This document shows, one piece after another, positions 55,009-64,000 of a stretch of DNA of 64,000 nt (the stretch's first letter is position 1; each line of letters opens with the position of its first letter). The position numbers and the translations under genes are program-made. Source of the stretch: Egibacteraceae bacterium (GTDB lineage Bacteria; Actinomycetota; Nitriliruptoria; Euzebyales; Egibacteraceae); NCBI GenBank assembly GCA_050743625.1, contig JBOGED010000195.1, positions 1,643 through 65,642 of the forward strand, written 5' to 3'. The notes under the pieces are model-generated. The model worked only from the letters and a program-made list of their open reading frames with translations, was not told the DNA's origin and did no database searches.

Positions 55009-56156
55009 CCTAGTCCCTTCCTGTGTGCCACGGCCTGGTACGCCTGGATCGAGGCATCGGCGAGCCGCCGCTGGTCGAAGGACCGGTGGGCATAGGCGGC
55101 GGCGCGCTGCCCCAGCCGCGCTCGCAGCCGCGGGTCGTCGAGGAGCCGTGCGATTGCGGCGATCAGGGCATCCGTGTCCCGTGGGGGGACGAGCAGCAGG
55201 TGGCGCTCGTGCTGGCCGATCTCGCGGCACCCGCGGATGTCCGTCAGCACCAGCGCGCAGCCGCAGGCGGCCGCTTCCATGCCTGCCCGCGAGATGCCCT
55301 CGCGGTAGGTGGGAAGCGCGAAGATGTCCAAGGCGGAGTAGAGCTCTCGCATGTCCCGTCGCATACCGAGGAACCTGACCCCTTCCTGATCGGCGCTCAG
55401 GTGATCCGATTTGTCAGGATCGAGCGGGCCCGCCCAGACAAACGTGGCGCGCCCGGCTAACGCTCGAGCGGCGGCGCTGAACTCACGAACGCCTTTCGCC
55501 TCGATGAGCCGGCCGACACCTCCCACCAGCACCTCGCCGTCCGCCACTCCGAGCTCCGCTCGGACGCGCGTGCGCCCCGCCGGGTCGTGACGGAAGAGAT
55601 CGAGGTCGATGCCGTTGCCGACCGTCCGTGCGCGCCGCTGGGGGACGAGGTGGCGCAGCGCCCGCCGGTCGGTGTCGTTCTGGTACAGCTCGACGTCGGA
55701 GAACGACGCGGCGACCGCCTCGGCGCCATAGACGAGTACCCGTCTCACCAATCCGTCTTCGGGCTGCGCCCACAGCCCGTGACAGGTGTTGACGACCACC
55801 GGCACCCTCGCGACCCGCCCCGCGATCCGGCCCAGCACGCCGGTCTTCGGGTTATGCGTATGAAGGACGTCGAGGTCCAGGATCCGCAGGACGCTCAGAA
55901 GCTCGCGGGCCGCGGCGAGGTCGCGGCGCGGATCCCAGCGCCGGGTGAGCGACGGGACGGCGACGTGGCGTACGCCGAGGTGCTCGACCTCCGCGACGAA
56001 GGGCCCCGGCGCCGAGATGCCATAGACCTCGAACCCCGCGTCCACGTCGACCTGGAGCTCCGCGCCGAGCAGGATCGCGAGGCTGGTGTCGACGGTGCAC
56101 AGGTGGGCGACTCGCAGCCGTTTGAGCCCGTGGAGGGATCGCCGCCCGTGCTTCAC
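54990..56156 (-). CDS. Glycosyltransferase family 4
   Basis: GT-B fold with the motif PTYREGISRAGMEAAACGCALVLTDIRGCREI. Confidence 0.85.
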   Translation of the reverse strand: MKHGRRSLHGLKRLRVAHLCTVDTSLAILLGAELQVDVDAGFEVYGISAPGPFVAEVEHLGVRHVAVPSLTRRWDPRRDLAAARELLSVLRILDLDVLHTHNPKTGVLGRIAGRVARVPVVVNTCHGLWAQPEDGLVRRVLVYGAEAVAASFSDVELYQNDTDRRALRHLVPQRRARTVGNGIDLDLFRHDPAGRTRVRAELGVADGEVLVGGVGRLIEAKGVREFSAAARALAGRATFVWAGPLDPDKSDHLSADQEGVRFLGMRRDMRELYSALDIFALPTYREGISRAGMEAAACGCALVLTDIRGCREIGQHERHLLLVPPRDTDALIAAIARLLDDPRLRARLGQRAAAYAHRSFDQRRLADASIQAYQAVAHRKGLGWRDER

Positions 56157-57001
56157 GCCGGGACTCCCACGCGTGTGGTGGCGTTGAGGATGCTCGCGTA
56201 GGCGCGCTCCGCGAACAGGTGCCCCGCAAGCTTGGCGGCGACGGCATCGAGCGGGTCGGTCTCGCGCACGGGGATGCGCTTGAGCTGGATCGGGTCGTCA
56301 CCGGGCAGGTTGCGGCCGACCCTGCCGGTGGCGGCCGAGCGGAACCTCATCCGCAGCGCCGCCTCGATCCCGCGGGCGGGGACGCTCCATGGATACGCGA
56401 AGTGCGCCGGGGCGACTCCCACATGGCGCTCGATCTCCTCGGCGCCAAGGTCCAGCTGGTCGGGCGTGAATCGCTCGGGATGACCGTGGGAACCCGCGGA
56501 GTTGCCGATCGTGCAAAGACCTGAGTCAGACAGCTCCTTGGCCTGATCCCACGTCAGAAGCGGCCCGAGCGCCGGGGCCGCAGAGCCGCCCAGATGCGGC
56601 TGGCCGTTGGCCTGCGCCGTGACCAGATAGACGGTGAACGGCAACCTCCGCGCCTCCAACAGCGGCCAGGCATGGCGATAGACGCCCGTGGAGCCGCCGT
56701 CGAATGTGAGCACGACCCGATGCGTGCGGTCGCCCCTGGCCAGCCCATCGAGCGCGGCGTCGAGGCTGACTACGTCGTGATCGCGCAACAGGCTGATCTG
56801 GCGGGCGAACTCGCCCTCCGTCGCGCCTTCGATGTGGTGAAAGGCGAGGAGGCTGACACCTTGCGCCGCCCTCGAGGGCCGGGAACGCCCTCGTATCAGC
56901 GCACGCCATACTCGGTCACTGGAAAGAAGGACCGTCGCCAGACGGTTCAAGCCGACTACCAAGACTCCCGACCTCATGCGCCCGCCTACTTCGTCCGTCA
57001 C
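56153..57001 (-). CDS. Polysaccharide deacetylase (NodB-homology domain)
   Basis: LTFDGGSTGVY (the DD/TFDG motif region), plus H-x-x-x-H-like GSHGHPE and YPWS motifs. Confidence 0.75.
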   Translation of the reverse strand: MTDEVGGRMRSGVLVVGLNRLATVLLSSDRVWRALIRGRSRPSRAAQGVSLLAFHHIEGATEGEFARQISLLRDHDVVSLDAALDGLARGDRTHRVVLTFDGGSTGVYRHAWPLLEARRLPFTVYLVTAQANGQPHLGGSAAPALGPLLTWDQAKELSDSGLCTIGNSAGSHGHPERFTPDQLDLGAEEIERHVGVAPAHFAYPWSVPARGIEAALRMRFRSAATGRVGRNLPGDDPIQLKRIPVRETDPLDAVAAKLAGHLFAERAYASILNATTRVGVPA

Positions 57002-57117
57002 TCCACCCGCATACGGATCTCGCCGGATCCGCCCCTCTGGTCAGTGATCCCCCAAATGGGGGAACGAGGACTCACTCTTACTTGCTGGCCGCATGATGCT
57101 CATGCGATACCTGCAGG

Positions 57118-58179
57118 TCAAGAGGACAATGCAGACCGTCGCGTCTGCGACACGCCAGCGGCGGCCAGCGCGGCGGCGGCCAGCGTCACCGCGGGAAAGT
57201 GCAGTACGTAATCGACCGTTGCGTTCGTGAGCAGCGCGGCTATCGCCGCCGCGGCGATGACCGCCCCCACGTCGTGCCGGCTGCACCAGAGCCGGGCGAA
57301 CACCCACGCCGCCACGGCGATGCCGAGCGCCAGGCCGACCAGACCCGTCTCAGCGGCGAGCTGCAGGAGCTCATGGTGGGCCCACCGCCAATCGTCGTCG
57401 AGCCTGGCGGTCGGGCTCAGCTCGGCGAACCGGCCTGGACCGACTCCGGTCAATGGCTTGGCGTGCACCATCGCGAGCGCGTCGTGCCACAGCTCCACGC
57501 GCACCGCCGAGAAGGTCGCATCGACGAGGCGTGTTTCACGGGACGAGGTCCCGCGGGCGCCGAGCGACAACGCCCCCATGGTCGTGGAGATCACCAGCGC
57601 GAGCACGACCAGCGATACGCCCCCCAAGATCGCCGTTCGGCCGTTCCCCACCCGGCGTTGCCCGAGCCACGCGAGCCCGACGAGTGCCATGCCAACCGCC
57701 GCCGCCCGGCAATCGCTCGCCACCACGGCGGCGGCAGACCCCGCGGCCATCAGGAAGGCCACCGCGCGTACCGCGACGTGCCGCTGCCGGGCTGCCAGCA
57801 TCAACGCGGCCGCCGCGCCAAGCACCTGGAAGGCACAGGCGGCGTTGGCGTAGCCCAAGAACCGCTCGTGGATCGCGTCGGGTAGCAGGAGCAGTCCCGC
57901 CGCGCACGCCGTCACCACGGCCGGCACCGCCCACCGGCACCGGCGCGTGATCAGCCGAGCCAGGGCGAACGTCACACCGGCGGCGGCGACGAGCAGGCTC
58001 GCCGGCCCGCTCCGGCCGCCCGAGATCGCGGTGGACACCTGAATCCACAGCACGAGGGCGGTCAGCAGCGCCACGCCGGTGCCCGCCGTGACGAGGTCCG
58101 GTCGGCGCCGTACCCGAGGATCCGTCGCAACTGTGTGACGGATCCTGGAATCCTGGCGATGCCGCTGATCGGCCGACAC
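57118..58179 (-). CDS. O-antigen ligase / Wzy_C-family membrane protein
   Basis: About 10 TM helices, with the periplasmic-loop motif WRWAHHELLQLAAETGLVGL typical of the O-antigen ligase-like family. Confidence 0.7.
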   Translation of the reverse strand: MSADQRHRQDSRIRHTVATDPRVRRRPDLVTAGTGVALLTALVLWIQVSTAISGGRSGPASLLVAAAGVTFALARLITRRCRWAVPAVVTACAAGLLLLPDAIHERFLGYANAACAFQVLGAAAALMLAARQRHVAVRAVAFLMAAGSAAAVVASDCRAAAVGMALVGLAWLGQRRVGNGRTAILGGVSLVVLALVISTTMGALSLGARGTSSRETRLVDATFSAVRVELWHDALAMVHAKPLTGVGPGRFAELSPTARLDDDWRWAHHELLQLAAETGLVGLALGIAVAAWVFARLWCSRHDVGAVIAAAAIAALLTNATVDYVLHFPAVTLAAAALAAAGVSQTRRSALSS

Positions 58180-58324
58180 TCGGCTCTCTTGTCGCTTGCC
58201 AGCTTTGCCCGCTGCCCAACACCAGTATAGATCGCTGGGGGCTACCGCTTGGCCGCTGGTTAGGGCAAGCTGGAGGTCTACGGCGCGGGCCAGGGCGGGC
58301 TATGCGGGCAGCGGGAGGGATTGC

Positions 58325-60391
<2,067 letters not shown>

Positions 60392-60400
<9 letters not shown>

Positions 60401-60480
60401 GATAAACACCCCAGTCGGGTGGAGCACTTCGCCGTACTGTGCATCAGGATTAGGCCCAATGCCAGGTTACTTAAGAAGTC
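60392..60480. repeat. Degenerate composite repeat (families A and B) at the 5' break of the hppD pseudogene
   Basis: CCACTTTGGGGATAAACACCCCAGTCGGGTGGAGCACTTCGCCGTACTGTGCATCAGGATTAGGCCC shares sub-repeats with 10555-10610, 10785-10840 and the family A/B units. Confidence 0.6.
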
Positions 60481-60551
60481 GCGCGGGTGACAGGCGGCGC
60501 TGGCCGTGTGCCGGGAAGGCTGCGCCCTTGTTCCTTCGAGCACGCGCGTAA

Positions 60552-60595
60552 CCTGCAGGATTCCTCTGTATACGGAGGAATCCTGCAGTGTGACC
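60552..60595. repeat. Family C palindromic hairpin
   Basis: CCTGCAGGATTCCTCTGTATACGGAGGAATCCTGCAGTGTGACC. Compare 21751-21793. Confidence 0.75.
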
Positions 60596-60660
60596 GGGCA
60601 CTGGCGCGTGCTGATGACCGTACCCGTATCCCCCGCGTGACCTCTAAGGCAGCAGTATTG

Positions 60661-60746
60661 GGATTAGGCCGGCTGACGCTGTCGCTCTTAAGGTGGCAAA
60701 TCTGGTAAAACGGGCGACATGTAGCCGGTTCTTATCTCAGTGCAGG
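60661..60746. repeat. Family B repeat unit just upstream of the acetyltransferase gene
   Basis: GGATTAGGCCGGCTGACGCTGTCGCTCTTAAGGTGGCAAATCTGGTAAAACGGGCGACATGTAGCCGGTTCTTATCTCAGTGCAGG. Confidence 0.75.
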
Positions 60747-60758
60747 AGCATTGGTCCC

Positions 60759-61367
60759 ATGAGCCTCTACATTGCGGGTGCGGGCGGGTTGGGGCGCGAG
60801 GTGCTCGATGCGCTTATTGCCCTGGGCGACGTGGCGACTGCCTTTCTCGACGACGGACGCGCGGGGGAGATCGTCCGCGGCTTACCAGTCCTCCTTCCGG
60901 GGGACGCTGAAGGTGGACGGTTCGTCGTCGGGCTGGCCGACCCCGTGGCGCGCGGCCGGCTCGCGGTCCTGCTCAAAGCCCGGGGCTTGCGACCGCGTAC
61001 CGTCGTCCACCCGTGGGCGATCGTCGGGCCGGAGACGACGCTCGGGCCGGGCTGTATCGTGCTCGGCGGAGCGCATGTCTCGTCGAGCATCACGGTCGGC
61101 GCCCACTGCCAGGTCCAGTACAACGCGACGGTGGGTCATGACGCGATCCTCGACGACTACGTGGCGGTCTTTCCCGGCGCCAATATCTCAGGCAACGTGC
61201 GGCTGGAACGCGGGGTCACCGTCGGCAGCGGCGCGATCGTCCTGCAAGGCCGCACGGTCCATGAGGGCGCGTTTGTCGGGGCGGGAGCGGTCGTCACCCG
61301 GGACGTACCCCCAGGCGCCGTCGTCACCGGCGTGCCAGCACGCCGTGTCGGCGGGTGTGCCGGCTGA
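60759..61367 (+). CDS. NeuD/PglD/VioB-family sugar N-acetyltransferase (left-handed beta-helix)
   Basis: N-terminal Rossmann-like segment LYIAGAGGLGREVLDAL, followed by hexapeptide repeats (IGPGCIVLGGAHVSSSITVGAHCQVQYNATVGHDAILDDYVAVFPGANISGNV). The ATG at 60759 lies after the repeat unit. Confidence 0.8.
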   Translation: MSLYIAGAGGLGREVLDALIALGDVATAFLDDGRAGEIVRGLPVLLPGDAEGGRFVVGLADPVARGRLAVLLKARGLRPRTVVHPWAIVGPETTLGPGCIVLGGAHVSSSITVGAHCQVQYNATVGHDAILDDYVAVFPGANISGNVRLERGVTVGSGAIVLQGRTVHEGAFVGAGAVVTRDVPPGAVVTGVPARRVGGCAG

Positions 61368-61390
61368 GACCAGCCGGCACCGCGGTCGAG

Positions 61391-61939
61391 TCACAGGCCC
61401 GTAAGCCGGTGAAAGGCGCGGTTGTAGTAGACGATCGGTTCACCCTCGGAGGTCCTGCAACGCTGGACGTGTCCGAGGAGGATTATGTGGTCGCCTCCAG
61501 CAAGTCGTTCCTCGATCCGGCTTTCGATCACCGCGAGCGCATCGGGAAGAATAGGGAGCCCCCACGGACTGCGGATGAACTCGCCCGAGCCGAACTTGTC
61601 CGCACCTTTCGTCGCGAAGGTGAGCGCGGTCCGCTTGTGCGTTGGCCGCAGGACATTCACTGCGAACCGGTCAGAAGTCGTAAATGAGGAGGCGCACGCC
61701 GCACCGCGATCGAGGCACACGAGCACGAGCGGTGGCTGCAGCGACACCGCGGTGAAGGCGCAAGCGGTGAAACCCCACGGCCGCCCTTCGGCGTCCATAG
61801 TGGTGACGATCGTGACACCTGCCGAGAAACGCGCGAGCGCGTCGCGCAGCGCGGCCTCCGGAGCGGATTGTTCGGAGGTGGACAGCGGGCATTCCGTTCG
61901 CTGTAGCCCAAGGGCCATCTTGATCTCTCCGCTTCTCAC
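61391..61939 (-). CDS. Flavin reductase-like (split-barrel FMN-binding) protein
   Basis: FSAGVTIVTT.DAEGRPWGFTACAFTAVSLQPPLVLVCL is the canonical flavin_reduct domain signature. Confidence 0.8.
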   Translation of the reverse strand: MRSGEIKMALGLQRTECPLSTSEQSAPEAALRDALARFSAGVTIVTTMDAEGRPWGFTACAFTAVSLQPPLVLVCLDRGAACASSFTTSDRFAVNVLRPTHKRTALTFATKGADKFGSGEFIRSPWGLPILPDALAVIESRIEERLAGGDHIILLGHVQRCRTSEGEPIVYYNRAFHRLTGL

Positions 61940-62241
61940 TAGGAAGGAACGTCGCGGAGGCGTGGCCGTCCCTCGCTCGGCATGGCCTCGTTGATCTCGC
62001 CAAGGGAGACCAGGTAGTCCGCGATGCGCCCGGGAGTCCGGAAGTACTCCACGTCGAAACCGTCCAGCGGCAGCTCGTGTCCGTACGCCTCTTCCAGGCC
62101 CACGATGAGCGACACCACAGCGATCGAGTCGAGCACCCCGGTGTCGATCAGGTCGGTGTCCGGGGTAGGGATGTCGACGGTGAGGAGATCACGGATCAAG
62201 AGGCTGATCCGCTTGGCGAGGTCGCCGTGCCCGCGCATCAA
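61939..62241 (-). CDS. Acyl/peptidyl carrier protein (phosphopantetheine-binding)
   Basis: 100 aa. DTGVLDSIAVVSLIVGLEEAYGHELP contains the (L)DS(I/L) Ser attachment motif in the helix II context. Confidence 0.75.
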   Translation of the reverse strand: MMRGHGDLAKRISLLIRDLLTVDIPTPDTDLIDTGVLDSIAVVSLIVGLEEAYGHELPLDGFDVEYFRTPGRIADYLVSLGEINEAMPSEGRPRLRDVPS

Positions 62242-62856
62242 CCCGTCCCCGCGTCCACCGAAGTCCCTGCGGTCGCGGTCGCGGTCTGGTCACGCCCTTC
62301 CGTGAAGCGTTCACGCAGCATCTTGCAGCGCCGGGATCATCCGAAGGTTCTTGACGTTGTAGTAACGACCGTGGAGGCGTCGATGCTCAATTGCGTCCCT
62401 TTCGGCTTTGCCCGCTCCCGCCCGGAACACGTTTAGGGTACCCCCGGTCGTTGTGAAAAGAAAGGGCGACCTGCGCGGACAGGCGATACGCGCCTGAGGC
62501 GGGCAGCACCTTATTGTTGCTCGAGTCCCAAGTGCCCGTTGACCGGGAGAAGTCTGTCCCCTTACACTCATCGTTAGCCGGTGTTAATTATCGGTCGGCG
62601 GGTTGTCGATCCAGCTCAATTCTCGTGGGCTTGCAAGGGTATGTCGAGGTAATCGGTGATGACAATCCCGGGCCGGCGCTGTTTCGTCGTCGCGTCGGGT
62701 TGGCGAGGGTTTTCATCATGTTCCAGTCCCACACAATGTACGAGGGAGCGACCGCGTGCATCGAGAGGCCGTGACCCAGATGTTGAGTGGGCGTGCGGAC
62801 AAGGGAACGGTGCCGTGGGAGCACGCGCTCTCACCCCGTTAGAAGTCGCCACCTGC

Positions 62857-64000
62857 ATGGTGTTCGGCGTCGAGGCTGCCAAGCCGCCGCTACGGGAGGC
62901 CGGCGAGGACTCTGCGCGAGCCGTCTTGGAGCGGGTGGTCGCCGAGGCGCTCGCCCGCCCGCCGGTCATGGTGAGCTTCTCTGGCGGGCGGGACTCGTCC
63001 GCCATCTTGGCGCTCGCCACCCACCTGTCGCGCCGGCTCGGGGCCGCGCCGCCGGTGCCGGTTACGCTGCGGTTCGCTCGCTGCGCCCAGACGCACGAGG
63101 CGACCTGGCAGGAGGCCGTCGTCGGCCACCTCGGACTTGACGACTGGATCCGCTTGGAGCTCGACGACGAGGTCGACGCGCTGGGCCCGTATGCTCGCGG
63201 AGTCCTGCTCGCGCACGGGGTTCTCTGGCCGCCGAACGCTCACTTCCACGCTCCTATCTTCGAGGTCGGCCATGGGGGAACGGTGTTGACCGGTGCCGGC
63301 GGGGACGAGGTGATGAGCCCACACAGGTGGTCGCGCGTCGCGCAGGTCCTGACCGGTCGGGTCCGACCACGACCGCGTGACGTGCTTCGTGTCGGTCATG
63401 CGCTCTCTCCCCGTTGGCTGCGGATCGCGGTTCTCCGCCACCGCCGCACCGCGGAGCCAGCCGGCAGTTGGCTGCGACCGGAGGCGGCGCGGGCCCTCAT
63501 GGATGAGTCGGGCACGGACGTCGCGGCGGACCCGTGGCGTTGGGACGCGTGGCTGCGGCACCGGTGGTGGCCAAGTCGGTACCGGCTCCTCGCAGAGGAG
63601 AGCCTGGCGATCATGGCGGCCGATTTCGGCGTGTCCGTCGCGCACCCGCTCATGGACGGACGGTTCCTGGCCGCGGCGGCCCGGCAGTTTCGCCTGGTGG
63701 GGTTCGAGGGCAGGACACTGGCTATGTCGCGGTTGTTCGGCGACTTGTTACCGCCAGCCCTGTGCGCGCGGTCGAGCAAGGCCAGCTTCAACTCGGTCTT
63801 CTTCAACCGGCACTCACGAGCGTTCGTCGCGGACTGGACCGGCGCCGGCGTGGACGACCGGCTCGTCGACGTGGAGGCGCTCCGCCGCGAGTGGTCCGGC
63901 GAGCGCGGGTTCGACGCGCGAACGCTCACCCTCTTGCAGTCGGCCTGGCTCGCGCAACGGTCCCACGACATCGAGGAGGCAGCGGACGGCCGGCTCGATG
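62857..64000 (+). CDS. Asparagine-synthetase-related PP-loop ATPase lacking the N-terminal domain, copy 2 (runs off the window end)
   Basis: Own translation from ATG 62857: MVFGVEAAKPPLREAGEDSARAVLERVVAEALARPPVMVSFSGGRDSSAILALATHL...LTGAGGDEVMS... It is collinear with 40801..41907. There is no stop codon before position 64000. It is not listed in the ORF track. Confidence 0.75.
   Translation, partial: MVFGVEAAKPPLREAGEDSARAVLERVVAEALARPPVMVSFSGGRDSSAILALATHLSRRLGAAPPVPVTLRFARCAQTHEATWQEAVVGHLGLDDWIRLELDDEVDALGPYARGVLLAHGVLWPPNAHFHAPIFEVGHGGTVLTGAGGDEVMSPHRWSRVAQVLTGRVRPRPRDVLRVGHALSPRWLRIAVLRHRRTAEPAGSWLRPEAARALMDESGTDVAADPWRWDAWLRHRWWPSRYRLLAEESLAIMAADFGVSVAHPLMDGRFLAAAARQFRLVGFEGRTLAMSRLFGDLLPPALCARSSKASFNSVFFNRHSRAFVADWTGAGVDDRLVDVEALRREWSGERGFDARTLTLLQSAWLAQRSHDIEEAADGRLD

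Noticed and set aside
62242-62856. 86-aa ORF 62311..62571 upstream of the carrier protein gene.
   Set aside because: Only the last 35 or so residues look protein-like, and the reading continues in another frame up to the carrier start. It is more likely a gene fragment than an intact CDS. It is mentioned under findings instead.

Overview
High-GC (about 70%) actinomycete chromosomal window, dense with accessory genes. From left to right:

(1) Housekeeping and regulatory genes: an MBL-fold hydrolase, ATP-type PEP carboxykinase, a SigK-like ECF sigma factor, an XRE regulator, a frameshifted HAD hydrolase and a DUF1707 protein.

(2) Three tandem paralogous genes for secreted Gly/Asp(Asn)-rich two-Cys module proteins that I cannot place in any known family.

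(3) A roughly 1 kb pile-up of nested palindromic MITE/REP-like repeats. Copies recur at operon borders throughout the window.

(4) A class IV lanthipeptide operon on the minus strand: LanL, an S9 prolyl-oligopeptidase-like peptidase, a 63-aa precursor and two ABC half-transporters.

(5) A 2.6 kb decayed spacer holding an IS remnant, a MITE-like element and a degenerate lyase-domain ORF.

(6) A divergent ramCSAB/amf-like class III (SapB-type) lanthipeptide operon. Its 42-aa precursor is absent from the ORF track. The operon is extended by a translationally coupled M16 peptidase pair.

(7) An LtrA-family membrane protein.

(8) The most unusual part: a lasso-peptide-type RiPP gene set. It comprises a PF14907-like nucleotidyltransferase, a methyltransferase, PqqD/B1, the B2 protease, an ABC exporter, a 51-aa precursor, an HprK-like kinase and an N-terminally truncated AsnB-like enzyme. 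This set is physically and translationally wired into a large polysaccharide locus. That locus encodes PglF/E/D/C-like amino-sugar genes, GT4 enzymes, a Wzc-like protein, two sulfotransferases, a deacetylase and Wzy/O-antigen-ligase-like proteins. It also carries second copies of the nucleotidyltransferase, the ABC exporter and the short AsnB-like gene.

(9) A decayed hppD pseudogene broken by repeat insertion.

No rRNA, tRNA or CRISPR array was recognised. All family assignments come from motif reading by eye, not from database searches.
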